Assembly: GCA_031548675.1 (NCBI GenBank)
Contig: JAVBQU010000068.1
Coordinates: 1 to 61,620, forward strand
Source: Bacteroidales bacterium
Lineage (GTDB): Bacteria; Bacteroidota; Bacteroidia; Bacteroidales; P3
DNA length: 61,620 nt
Direction of reading: 5' to 3'
The notes under the pieces were generated by a model. The model was not told where the DNA came from and made no database searches. It saw nothing but the letters and a program-made list of their open reading frames with translations. Position numbers and translations under genes: made by a program. Shown piece after piece: positions 36,782 to 46,464 of this stretch (position 1 is its first letter; the number at the start of each line of letters is the position of its first letter).

Positions 36782-39601
36782 TTATTTCTTTACAGTTTCA
36801 GGTTTTAACATAACGCGGATATATTGATCTGTATTCAAATATTTTTTGGCAACAGCTTTAATATCTTCATTAGTAATAGCATTTACATCATTAGAGAAAG
36901 TTTCAAAACTTCTGATTTGAGTATTGTACCAATACTTGCTATATAAAAACGATACCCAAGTTCCATTTTGTTTCATTTCGGGTTCGCGCTCGCTGATAGT
37001 TTGTTTTTTAACTTTATCCAAAGTTTCAGCATCGGCACCTTTCTTTTGGTATTGCTTCATAATTTTGAAAATAGCTTTTGTGATAGCATCAATATTTTTG
37101 GGCTGGCACTGAATGATAGCTTGTCCGGTAAGTTTTCCGGTAGGGTATTTTTCAGCACGAAGTCCGATATATGGAGAATAAGCTCCTCCCATTTTTTCAC
37201 GAACCACTTGTGTTAAAGTAATTTGCAATGCATCTGAAAGGATATTTACAGCCATACGCTCTTTAGCGTTATCGAATTCGAAGTTTCTTAGAAGGAAAAC
37301 TCCTAAAATAGACATATCTTCAGTTCCTTTGATAACATCTTTATTTACAACGCCTCTTACAATTGCTGTGTCGCGATACATCCAGTTTTCTTTTCTGTTG
37401 ATAGAAGGTAGGTTACTTAGATATTTGGTAATAGTTTTTATAGAGCTGTCAGCAACATTTCCTACAAAGAAGAATGTAAAATCACTGGCATCAGCAAAAC
37501 GATCTTTATAGATATTATAAATTTCATCTAAATTTAATCCATTGATTTGAGCTTCGGTAGGAACAACAATTTTACGTTTTGAATCTGGATAAAGAGCTTT
37601 GGTTACTCCTTCTGAGTATGCTACTTGTGGATTTGCATCAATATTCTTTATTTGGTTTTTCAATTGTGAAATATATTTGTTGAAAGCTTCGGTGTCTTTT
37701 CTTGGAGCTTTGAAGTACAAATATATCAATTGCAAAGCTGTTTCTAAGTCTTTAGGAGAGCAGTTTCCGCTGAATCCTTCTGTAAGTTCATTAATATAAG
37801 GAGAAATACCAATGTTTTTTCCTTTTAATTTTTTACTTAATTGTGTATTATCAAATGTAGATATACCGCTTTGGTCGATAATAGTTGCAGCTTGAGAAGC
37901 AGCAAAGAATTTATCGTCTCCATATAATGAAGTTCCACCGGGGCTGTAAGCATTGATACGGATTTCATCTTCTTTAAAATCAGTAGATTTTACTACAAAT
38001 TTTACGCCATTGTTTAAAGTATATTCGGTATAACCAAACTCTGTATTAGGTTTAGTAGAAACAATAGTGCCTGCTGTCAAATTTTCGGCAACCAAAGGTT
38101 CTGGTTTGAAATTATCTACATAAGGCTGAGTTTGTTCTTTCTTGGCTGCATCTAAGATAGATAAAATAGTTTTTTCGTTAGGAATATTAACTCCGTCTTT
38201 TTTAGGACCGGTTAAAGTCAATACAAAATTATCGTCGCTTATCCATTGATTTACTAATTCATCCACCTCTTTTAAAGTGATGCCATCTAAAAATGTTTGA
38301 GCGTATTGTAATTCTGTTTTTATACCCGGAATGGGTTCTTGTTCCAAGAAATTATTTACATATTCATGAGAAAATTTTGAATTATCTGTTTTGCCAGCCT
38401 CTTTAGCGGCTTTTTCATAAGAACTTAAGATTTCTTCTTTTTGACGTTCTAGCTCGGTAGCTAAAAATCCATGTTGTTTTACTCTGTAAATTTCACGTAA
38501 AACGGCTTTTAATGCATCTTCCACTTTATTATCTTTAGGAGAGCAAGATCCACCAAATACATCTAAACTACGACTTAGGAAACCTCCGTAAAAAGTTCCG
38601 GCTCCCATAAAAGGGCAATCGGGTTTTTGAGCTAATTCGCTCAAACGATCGTTTAGCATGCCTGTAAATAAATTATGAATTAGTTGGGTACGATAGTCTC
38701 CAACAGTTTTTACAGCAAAGTGAGGTTGTTTCCAGAAAAATTGTAATTGAGTGCTTGATTCTTCTTTATCTGTAGCAATAGCAATTAAAGGCTCTTTGTT
38801 GGCAGGAACATCAAAATATTTACGTTCTTTAGGATTTACCGGTTTTGCATAGCCAGAGAAGTATTGTTTTACTTTAGCTTCCATTTGAGCAGCATCAAAA
38901 TCTCCTACTAAAATAATAGCCATTAAATCAGGGCGATACCACTCTTTGTAGAAATTGCGGATGGTTTCGTATTTAAAAGTTTTCAAAACATCAACAGTTC
39001 CGATGGGTAAACGTTTAGCATACAATGAGTTTTTCAACATAATAGGCCAGGTTGCATCACGTAAACGTTCGTCGGCACCTAAGCGGGTACGCCATTCTTC
39101 GATAATAACGCCGCGTTCGGCATCAATTTCTTTAGCATCCATTAATAAACCGAATGCCCAACCATCCAATACTTTGAAACCTAATTCGATAGTAGAATCT
39201 TTGTCGGTAGGAATAGTAACTTCATAAACTGTTTGGTCAAATGAAGTATAAGCATTAACGTGGCTTCCGAAAGTGATTCCGTTTTTTTGTAAGATATTAA
39301 TCATATCTCCGCCTTTAAAATATTTGGTACCGTTAAAAGCCATATGCTCTGTAAAGTGAGCCAAACCTTGTTGGATAGAATCCTCTAAAATAGAACCGGC
39401 GTTAACAGCCAATTGAAATTGAGCGCGTTTTTCAGGTTTTTTGTTTTCACGGATGTAATAGGTTAACCCATTATCCAATTTCCCAACTCTTACTTTTGGG
39501 TCAACAGGAATTTTGTCATCCAAGTTCAACTTCTTTTGCCCAAATACATTGCAGCCAATAAAGGCAACAACGATAAGCAGTAATGCATGTTTTTTGTACA
39601 T
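36782..39601 (-). CDS. M16-family (pitrilysin/insulinase-like) zinc metallopeptidase, double-length form
   Basis: 939-aa ORF with a signal peptide and the inverted zinc motif 'HFTEHMAFNGT' (HxxEH). It contains two M16 halves. Confidence 0.9.
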   Translation of the reverse strand: MYKKHALLLIVVAFIGCNVFGQKKLNLDDKIPVDPKVRVGKLDNGLTYYIRENKKPEKRAQFQLAVNAGSILEDSIQQGLAHFTEHMAFNGTKYFKGGDMINILQKNGITFGSHVNAYTSFDQTVYEVTIPTDKDSTIELGFKVLDGWAFGLLMDAKEIDAERGVIIEEWRTRLGADERLRDATWPIMLKNSLYAKRLPIGTVDVLKTFKYETIRNFYKEWYRPDLMAIILVGDFDAAQMEAKVKQYFSGYAKPVNPKERKYFDVPANKEPLIAIATDKEESSTQLQFFWKQPHFAVKTVGDYRTQLIHNLFTGMLNDRLSELAQKPDCPFMGAGTFYGGFLSRSLDVFGGSCSPKDNKVEDALKAVLREIYRVKQHGFLATELERQKEEILSSYEKAAKEAGKTDNSKFSHEYVNNFLEQEPIPGIKTELQYAQTFLDGITLKEVDELVNQWISDDNFVLTLTGPKKDGVNIPNEKTILSILDAAKKEQTQPYVDNFKPEPLVAENLTAGTIVSTKPNTEFGYTEYTLNNGVKFVVKSTDFKEDEIRINAYSPGGTSLYGDDKFFAASQAATIIDQSGISTFDNTQLSKKLKGKNIGISPYINELTEGFSGNCSPKDLETALQLIYLYFKAPRKDTEAFNKYISQLKNQIKNIDANPQVAYSEGVTKALYPDSKRKIVVPTEAQINGLNLDEIYNIYKDRFADASDFTFFFVGNVADSSIKTITKYLSNLPSINRKENWMYRDTAIVRGVVNKDVIKGTEDMSILGVFLLRNFEFDNAKERMAVNILSDALQITLTQVVREKMGGAYSPYIGLRAEKYPTGKLTGQAIIQCQPKNIDAITKAIFKIMKQYQKKGADAETLDKVKKQTISEREPEMKQNGTWVSFLYSKYWYNTQIRSFETFSNDVNAITNEDIKAVAKKYLNTDQYIRVMLKPETVKK

Positions 39602-39663
39602 AAACTATTGATTTTTATTATTATATTAAGAAAACTATTTTAAAACAATACGATTCTAAATTG

Positions 39664-41457
39664 TTAGAAATCAAGATCTAGATTTAATTCTTCCTTAAAA
39701 AACTTTAGTTCCGGATTTTTATTATACATAAATAAATATTTATCAGTTGGAGAATAAGGTTTTTGATCTTGTATTTGTTCCGCAACTATGGTTTCGATGC
39801 TCAATAAAAAATTATTGGTTTCTTGTTTTAAGAAACTAAGCAAAAAAACTTTTTTATTTTTAATTTCTTCTTCCTGAACTTTATTTACGACCTCATATTC
39901 AATTACATGATTGGATTTGATTTGAGGAACGGATTGTTTGAGCGTTTTATAGAAGTTAGGCGATTCGTCTTTTTGTGTTTCGGCAAATTTTTGCCAAAGT
40001 TCTTCCAACGTTTCTTGCAGTATTTCAGGAGCTTCTTTTTTCAATGCTTCTGCCTGTTTTTCCTGTTCTGCTTTTCTAGCAGCCATGCTGGCTTTTATAG
40101 AAAACGAACCTGCTTTGGCTGTTGATTCTTCAACTTTAGGCTGAGAAATGTTCTCTGTTTTGGGTTGAGGAATATTTTCTACAGGACTATCCTTTTTTTT
40201 TTCAGCCTCTTGCAGATGGCTATCAGTAATATCCTGTTTAATGTCCTGCTTAATAGTTGTAACCGCAGCTTGAATATCAACTTGAGGGGCTGCTGCAACT
40301 GATTGAACTTGCGGGCTTGCGGGTGGAGCAAAGACAGTTTGCTGTTGTACAATATTCTTGAAATTTTCGCTGAATGCACATATATTCAAAAGCATAACTT
40401 CTACCAAAAGCCGTTTATTTCCTGCGTTTCGGTAATTCAAATCGCATTTGTTGCTCAAATCCAGAGCTTTCATTAAAAAGCGGATATCTGCTTTTTGAGC
40501 TTGTTCAATATATTTTTTTCGTACACTTTCGCTTACATCCATTAAGCTAAAAGTTTCGAGTCTTTTACCCATTAATAAATTGCGGAGATGTTCGCCAAAT
40601 CCGCCTACAAAATGCAATCCGTCAAATCCCTTTTCTAGAATTTCATTTAAAATTAAAATGGTTTGGGTTATATCTCCCAAAATTAGATTATCAACAACCT
40701 TAAAGTAATAATCGTAATCCAATACATTCAGGTTATCAATAACCTGACTATAAGAGAGATTTCCACTTGTAAAGCTTACCATTTGGTCAAAAATAGAAAG
40801 AGCATCACGTAAAGCTCCATCAGCTTTTTGAGCTATAATATGTAAGGCTTCCGGTTCTGCCTTTACACTTTCTTTTTGGGCAATAGATGATAAATGACGG
40901 GCTATATCGTTTACGGTAATCCGCTTAAAATCAAAAATCTGACAACGGGAAAGTATAGTCGGAATGATTTTATGCTTTTCTGTAGTTGCTAAAATAAATT
41001 TGGCATAAGCCGGAGGTTCCTCCAAAGTTTTCAAGAAAGCATTGAAAGCCTGATTAGATAACATGTGTACCTCATCAATAATATAAACTTTGTAATTACC
41101 GGCTTGAGGGGGTATGCGGACTTGCTCTACCAATGCACGGATATCATCGACAGAATTGTTTGAAGCTGCGTCTAATTCATAAATATTAAACGATGCAGAT
41201 TGATTGAATGACCGGCACGATTCGCATTCATCGCAAGCTTCTGTATTTTCTGTGGGATGTTCGCAGTTGATAGTTTTAGCAAAAATACGGGCACAAGTTG
41301 TTTTACCCACTCCGCGAGGTCCGCAAAACAAAAAAGCATGAGCTAAAGTATGGGTTTTAATAGCATTTTTCAGGGTATTTGTAATCATCTCCTGTCCCAC
41401 AACTGTATCGAAAGTTATAGGGCGGTATTTTCGTGCAGAGACTACAAAGTTTTCCAT
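39664..41457 (-). CDS. dnaX: DNA polymerase III subunit tau/gamma DnaX
   Basis: 597-aa ORF with 'GPRGVGKTTCARIFAK', zinc module 'CDECESC', 'IIDEVHML' and 'SRCQIFDF'. The C-terminal half is low-complexity. Confidence 0.95.
   Translation of the reverse strand: MENFVVSARKYRPITFDTVVGQEMITNTLKNAIKTHTLAHAFLFCGPRGVGKTTCARIFAKTINCEHPTENTEACDECESCRSFNQSASFNIYELDAASNNSVDDIRALVEQVRIPPQAGNYKVYIIDEVHMLSNQAFNAFLKTLEEPPAYAKFILATTEKHKIIPTILSRCQIFDFKRITVNDIARHLSSIAQKESVKAEPEALHIIAQKADGALRDALSIFDQMVSFTSGNLSYSQVIDNLNVLDYDYYFKVVDNLILGDITQTILILNEILEKGFDGLHFVGGFGEHLRNLLMGKRLETFSLMDVSESVRKKYIEQAQKADIRFLMKALDLSNKCDLNYRNAGNKRLLVEVMLLNICAFSENFKNIVQQQTVFAPPASPQVQSVAAAPQVDIQAAVTTIKQDIKQDITDSHLQEAEKKKDSPVENIPQPKTENISQPKVEESTAKAGSFSIKASMAARKAEQEKQAEALKKEAPEILQETLEELWQKFAETQKDESPNFYKTLKQSVPQIKSNHVIEYEVVNKVQEEEIKNKKVFLLSFLKQETNNFLLSIETIVAEQIQDQKPYSPTDKYLFMYNKNPELKFFKEELNLDLDF
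40192..40202 (-). other. Candidate recoding site in dnaX: an A10 run containing the zero-frame heptamer A AAA AAG
   Basis: The coding strand reads GCT GAA AAA AAA AAG GAT AGT CCT GTA G, and AAG is codon 422. The -1 frame continues GGA TAG. The +1 frame continues AGG ATA GTC CTG TAG. Confidence 0.5.
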
Positions 41458-41462
41458 TGAAA

Positions 41463-42257
41463 TTAATTGCTGGGTTTACTAACTACATAAATAATATCTC
41501 CGCCTGAAGCCATACTCTTATCTCCAACGGCGTAATATTCAACTTCTTCGGGAGTTAAAAAATCGGTTAACTGAACTTCTTCAACGCTAAAACCTTCTTC
41601 TTTCATCCGTTGGGCATAATCGTTGCCATATTCGCGGACATGATCTTTTTGTCCGAAATGTTTGGTACGTTCTTCTTCTGTAACTATGCTTTTGTCTTCA
41701 TAAGTAACTTCACGCATTCTGTTAATGGGCGATTGCAAAATGCCCCATCCTCCTATTTTCATTACTCTCCGCATTTCGCGCATGGCTAAACGGTCGTCGT
41801 CAACATGTTCCAAAATATGATTACAAAATATTACATCAAAAGTATTTTCTTCAAAAGGAATAGCTTGGATATCCATTTTGATTCGAGCCAAAGGCGATTC
41901 TATATCTGCAGAAAAATAATCTATATTTTTCTGTTTTTCAAAACGTTTCATAAAACAACGCTCAGGAGCTATATGCAACATCTTGATTTCTTTTGTAAAA
42001 AATTCAGGTTTCACGCGGTTTAAATACAACCAAATCTGACGATGACGCTCTAAGGCTAAACACCAAGGGCATAAAGCATTTTCCCGTGAAATAACATAAC
42101 CGTAAGGCAGCAACTTTCTGTATTTTTTCCCGCAAACCGGACACTGGTATTTTTTCCCTTTATAAAGAATGGAAAACACCGGCATAATCATGTGTACAAA
42201 CAGTTGTATGTATTTTCGAGGTATTTTATTTAAAAAAAAACGAATGATTTTCTTCAT
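41463..42257 (-). CDS. Class I SAM-dependent methyltransferase with an N-terminal Cys4 zinc-ribbon-like motif
   Basis: I start at ATG 42257 ('MKKIIRFFLNK') because a minus-strand -7 box (42286-42293) lies inside the longer ORF. Motifs are 'CPVCGKK..CPWC' and 'FDVIFCNHILEHVDD'. Confidence 0.8.
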   Translation of the reverse strand: MKKIIRFFLNKIPRKYIQLFVHMIMPVFSILYKGKKYQCPVCGKKYRKLLPYGYVISRENALCPWCLALERHRQIWLYLNRVKPEFFTKEIKMLHIAPERCFMKRFEKQKNIDYFSADIESPLARIKMDIQAIPFEENTFDVIFCNHILEHVDDDRLAMREMRRVMKIGGWGILQSPINRMREVTYEDKSIVTEEERTKHFGQKDHVREYGNDYAQRMKEEGFSVEEVQLTDFLTPEEVEYYAVGDKSMASGGDIIYVVSKPSN

Positions 42258-42285
42258 GAGAATCTTATGTGCATAATTTGCTTTG

Positions 42286-42293
42286 CAAATATA
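42286..42293 (-). promoter_or_regulatory. -7 promoter box TATATTTG upstream of the methyltransferase gene
   Basis: The + strand reads CAAATATA 29 nt upstream of ATG 42257. Confidence 0.4.
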
Positions 42294-42448
42294 CAAGAAA
42301 ATTTTGTGGAGAGCAATACTTTCTGTGTTCTATACTTTTATGCTATTTTTTACTTTCATAAAAAGTAGATTTGCAAAATTCATTGTTAATTAAAATATAG
42401 TTTACATATACTACTTCGTTTCTTTGAAATATGTTCATTAAAATTGAT

Positions 42449-42456
42449 TATCTTTG
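42449..42456 (+). promoter_or_regulatory. -7 promoter box TATCTTTG upstream of the mannose-1-P guanylyltransferase gene
   Basis: Exact TAnnTTTG match about 64 nt upstream of ATG 42520. Confidence 0.45.
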
Positions 42457-42519
42457 CCAAACTAATAGCTTAAATTATTATATTTTTCTTGCAAAAGAAA
42501 TTTAATACAACATTTGATA

Positions 42520-43608
42520 ATGCAAAATTCGAATAATTACTGTATCATTATGGCAGGCGGTGTAGGGTCTCGTTTTTGGCCTCTCAGCCGTGCTTCTCAA
42601 CCTAAACAATTTATAGATATTCTTGGTACAGGAGAAACTTTGCTGCAGCAGACTGTTCGCCGATTGAAAAAAATATTTTTGGAAAGAAATATTTTCATTG
42701 TTACCAGCGAAGCCTACAAGGATTTGACTTTGACTCAGATTCCGGAATTTAAAGAATGGCAAGTAATTACCGAACCTGCACGAAAAAATACAGCCCCATG
42801 TGTATTATATGCCAGTTACAAAATTCATAAACTCAATCCGGATGCTAATATTTTGGTTGCTCCTTCCGATCACATTATTATGAAAGAAGATGTGTTTGTT
42901 AAGGTCGCAAATTTGTCTTTGGAAACTGCGGCAAAAAATGATTATTTAATTACGATTGGAATTACACCGCATTCGCCCAACACAGGCTACGGTTATATTC
43001 AGTTTGAAGATACCGATGAAACTCCGGAAGGTGTTTGCAAAGTAAAACTTTTTACTGAAAAGCCTGAATTAGAAATGGCAAAACAATTTTTGCAAAGTGG
43101 CGATTTTCTTTGGAACGCAGGTATTTTTATTTGGTCATCAAAAAGTATTTTAGCGGCTTTTGCCCAACATTTGCCAGAAATGGATGAAATTTTCAACAAG
43201 GGAATTCCGTTTTACAATACGCCCAATGAAAAAGAATTTATTGCTGATGCATATTCACTTTGCAGAAGTATTTCTATCGACTATGGAATTATGGAAAAAG
43301 CCCAAAATGCGTATGTTATTCCTGCCGATTTGGCTTGGTCGGATTTAGGCACGTGGGGAGCATTGTATGATACAAGACCCAAAGATGAAAATCAAAATAG
43401 CATTGTTGGCAAAAATGTTATGGCTTATGACACTCATGGTTGTTTAATCAACATGCCCAAGGAGAAATTAACAGTGGTACAAGGCTTAGAGGATTGCATC
43501 ATAGTAGAAGAACAAAATATTTTGCTTATATGCAAACGTTCAGAAGAACAAATGTTACGCCAAATTGTGATGGATGTTACCGGAGCCAAAGGCGATAAAT
43601 TTATTTAA
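42520..43608 (+). CDS. Mannose-1-phosphate guanylyltransferase (NTP_transferase family)
   Basis: The ORF is open from TTG 42514 and the first ATG is 42520. Motifs are 'IIMAGGVGSRFWPLSR', 'APSDHII', 'GYGYIQ' and 'WNAGIFIW'. Confidence 0.85.
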   Translation: MQNSNNYCIIMAGGVGSRFWPLSRASQPKQFIDILGTGETLLQQTVRRLKKIFLERNIFIVTSEAYKDLTLTQIPEFKEWQVITEPARKNTAPCVLYASYKIHKLNPDANILVAPSDHIIMKEDVFVKVANLSLETAAKNDYLITIGITPHSPNTGYGYIQFEDTDETPEGVCKVKLFTEKPELEMAKQFLQSGDFLWNAGIFIWSSKSILAAFAQHLPEMDEIFNKGIPFYNTPNEKEFIADAYSLCRSISIDYGIMEKAQNAYVIPADLAWSDLGTWGALYDTRPKDENQNSIVGKNVMAYDTHGCLINMPKEKLTVVQGLEDCIIVEEQNILLICKRSEEQMLRQIVMDVTGAKGDKFI

Positions 43609-43625
43609 AAATAAAGATACAGTTT

Positions 43626-43668
43626 AACGCGTAACAGATTTTTCATGTCATTTGTTACGCGTTATTTT
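43626..43668 (+). terminator. Rho-independent terminator
   Basis: AACGCGTAACA..(16-nt loop)..TGTTACGCGTT followed by ATTTTGT. Confidence 0.7.
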
Positions 43669-43686
43669 GTTAAGTAAGATTCGAAT

Positions 43687-45474
43687 ATGTTACCATTGAC
43701 CGATTGGCTGCCGATTACCCGTAAAGAAATGGAAATGCGGGGCTGGGACGAATTAGATATAATTATTGTCTCCGGCGATGCCTATGTCGATCATCCTGCA
43801 TTTGGGCATGCAGTAATTGCACGAATATTGGAATTTGAGGGCTACAAAGTGGGGATTATACCGCAACCTAATTGGCAGGATGATTTGCGTGACTTTAAAA
43901 AATTTGGCAAACCCCGTTTATTTTTTGGAGTTACATCCGGCTGTATGGATAGTATGGTAAACCACTATACAGCTAATATTCGTTTGCGGTCGAATGATGC
44001 CTATACGCCTAATGGCGAAGCCGGATTTCGCCCTGATTATGCTTGTAGAACCTATACGCAGATTCTCAAAAAATTATATCCTGATACACCTGTAATTATT
44101 GGAGGTATAGAAGCTTCACTTCGAAGAATAACTCATTATGATTATTGGTCGGATTCTTTAAAACCATCTATGCTTGCCGAAAGCGGGGCTGATTTGCTGG
44201 TTTATGGAATGGGGGAGAAGCCGATAGTGGAAATTGCGAAACAATTGGATGCCGGAGCTTCTGTATCTCAACTTAAGTTTATTCCTCAAACAGCATATTT
44301 AGAAAAATGTATAGAATCAATTGATACAAATCATATTGAATTACATTCACATGAAGCTTGTTTGAAAAGTAAAAAATTACAAGCTGAAAATTTCAAAGTA
44401 TTTGAACAGGAAAGTAATAATGAGGAAGCCCGGATTTTAGTACAAAAAATAGAAAATAGTTATGTAGTTATCAATCCTCCATACCCAACCTTGAATACAG
44501 CAGAGATTGACGCTTCTTTCGATTTGCCTTATACTCGTTTGCCTCACCCTAAATACAAAAAACGAGGCACTATTCCAGCTTATGAAATGATTAAGTTTTC
44601 AGTAAATATTCATCGCGGATGCTTCGGAGCTTGTTCGTTTTGTACGATTTCTGCACATCAAGGCAAATATATTGCCAGCCGTTCAGAGGAATCTATTTTG
44701 CAAGAAATTAAAAAGATAACAGAAAATCCGGATTTTAAGGGTTATATAAGCGATTTAGGAGGACCCTCAGCAAATATGTACCAAATGAAAGGCAAAAATG
44801 CTGAGATTTGTAAGAAATGTATTAAAAATTCGTGTGTTTATCCCAAGCTTTGTCCCAATTTGGATTCCAATCACCAACCTTTGATAGAGCTGTATAATAA
44901 GGCAGCCAAGTTGCCGAAAATCAAGAAAATATTTATTGGCAGCGGTATCCGTTACGATTTATTTACAAATGAAAATAATGGTAATAAATATTTTAAAGTA
45001 TTGGTACAAAATCATGTTTCAGGCAGGTTGAAAGTTGCCCCTGAGCATACTGCCGATGAGGTGTTGCAAATGATGCGGAAACCTTCATTTCAATTATTCA
45101 GAACCTTACAACGCGATTTTAAGCAGATATGTCAAGAAAGTAAGTTAAATCAACAATTGATTCCTTATTTTATATCAAGCCATCCGGGTTGTACTTTAGA
45201 ACATAGTGCCGAATTGGCAGCAGAAACCAAACAAATGGGATTTCGTTTGGAACAAGTGCAGGATTTTACGCCAACCCCTTTAACTTTATCAACAGAAATG
45301 TATTATACAGGATTGAATCCCTATACTTTAAAACCTGTTTACACAGCCAGAACTCTTTCCGAAAAGCAAGCTCAAAATCGTTTTTTCTTTTGGTACAAAA
45401 AAGAAAATCAAGCATGGATTCGGGCTGCCTTGCAAAAAATCAATAGAACCGATTTATTAAAAAGTTTTTTTTGA
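43687..45474 (+). CDS. YgiQ-family (UPF0313) radical SAM protein
   Basis: 595-aa ORF with N-terminal 'DIIIVSGDAYVDHPAFG', the radical-SAM cluster motif 'GCFGACSFCTI' and 'HVSGRLKVAPEH'. Confidence 0.85.
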   Translation: MLPLTDWLPITRKEMEMRGWDELDIIIVSGDAYVDHPAFGHAVIARILEFEGYKVGIIPQPNWQDDLRDFKKFGKPRLFFGVTSGCMDSMVNHYTANIRLRSNDAYTPNGEAGFRPDYACRTYTQILKKLYPDTPVIIGGIEASLRRITHYDYWSDSLKPSMLAESGADLLVYGMGEKPIVEIAKQLDAGASVSQLKFIPQTAYLEKCIESIDTNHIELHSHEACLKSKKLQAENFKVFEQESNNEEARILVQKIENSYVVINPPYPTLNTAEIDASFDLPYTRLPHPKYKKRGTIPAYEMIKFSVNIHRGCFGACSFCTISAHQGKYIASRSEESILQEIKKITENPDFKGYISDLGGPSANMYQMKGKNAEICKKCIKNSCVYPKLCPNLDSNHQPLIELYNKAAKLPKIKKIFIGSGIRYDLFTNENNGNKYFKVLVQNHVSGRLKVAPEHTADEVLQMMRKPSFQLFRTLQRDFKQICQESKLNQQLIPYFISSHPGCTLEHSAELAAETKQMGFRLEQVQDFTPTPLTLSTEMYYTGLNPYTLKPVYTARTLSEKQAQNRFFFWYKKENQAWIRAALQKINRTDLLKSFF

Positions 45475-45623
45475 ATACATTCCAAAGCCGAATAAGATTC
45501 TTAATACTCATATTTCAAATTTTGTTTTAGGAATTTTTACAGAATCATATTGAGGTATCATTTGTTTTGTAATGACGTGATTTTTTTAATATAAAACTAA
45601 TTAAAAGAATAATTTACAAGCCT

Positions 45624-46376
45624 ATGAATGTAATTTATAGTACCGATATTAAAAACTTTTGGACGAAATCTTCAAACGATTTTTGTAAGCAAGTCATGAC
45701 ATCCTGTTTATCTAATAGGTATTTCAGCTATATTTTCAATTTAGAAACCTTGAAATATGAATGGATGAGTGAAGGGGTGACAAATGTGCTTGGGTATGAT
45801 AAAAGTAATTTGGATGTACTTTTAGCTATTGATAATATTCATCCGGATGATCAGGGTTGGCATACAATTATTGAGAATAAACTGCAGGAATTATCTGAAG
45901 AATTTGGAAAAGAATGGCTGGCAAATTATAAAATTGTATGTGATTTTCGCTTCAAAACCAGCAGTGGTCTCTACATTCGCTTGTTGAAACAAATGATACA
46001 AGTATGTGAATCGGATGTTCGTAAACGATATTGCCTTATAAGTGATATCAGTTTTATCAAAAAAAACGGAGAACCGAGACTCAGCCTCATCGGCTTGGGA
46101 GATAATGACTCTATAGAGGATATTCCATTGCAGATAAATAATATTCCGGCATGTCCTTTTAGCCCTCGTGAGAAAGAAATTATTTCTTTCATTTTTTATG
46201 GACTGACTAGCAAAGAAATTGCCGGTCGATTATCTATCTCTCCTGATACGGTCAAGAATCATAAAAAAAATATTTTCACCAAAGCGTCATGCAATAGTTC
46301 CTTACAGCTATTGAATAAATGCATTGCATATAATTGGATAGAGCGTTCCGATATTATCTTGAAATCAGCAAAATAG
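45624..46376 (+). CDS. LuxR-family transcriptional regulator with an N-terminal PAS-like sensor domain
   Basis: 250-aa ORF with the C-terminal HTH 'SPREKEIISFIFYGLTSKEIAGRLSISPDTVKNHKKNIF'. The N-terminal ~170 aa are PAS-like ('YEWMSEGVTNVLGYD..IHPDD'). Confidence 0.8.
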   Translation: MNVIYSTDIKNFWTKSSNDFCKQVMTSCLSNRYFSYIFNLETLKYEWMSEGVTNVLGYDKSNLDVLLAIDNIHPDDQGWHTIIENKLQELSEEFGKEWLANYKIVCDFRFKTSSGLYIRLLKQMIQVCESDVRKRYCLISDISFIKKNGEPRLSLIGLGDNDSIEDIPLQINNIPACPFSPREKEIISFIFYGLTSKEIAGRLSISPDTVKNHKKNIFTKASCNSSLQLLNKCIAYNWIERSDIILKSAK

Positions 46377-46412
46377 CCCTTAAGTGTCATTGACAAGGGA
46401 GCTTGGTTGTTG

Positions 46413-46420
46413 TATCTTTG
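46413..46420 (+). promoter_or_regulatory. -7 promoter box TATCTTTG upstream of the lipoprotein gene
   Basis: Exact TAnnTTTG match 45 nt upstream of ATG 46465. Confidence 0.45.
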
Positions 46421-46464
46421 TTTTTTATTTCAAAATATATTTTTTCATTTAATACCTTAAAGCT

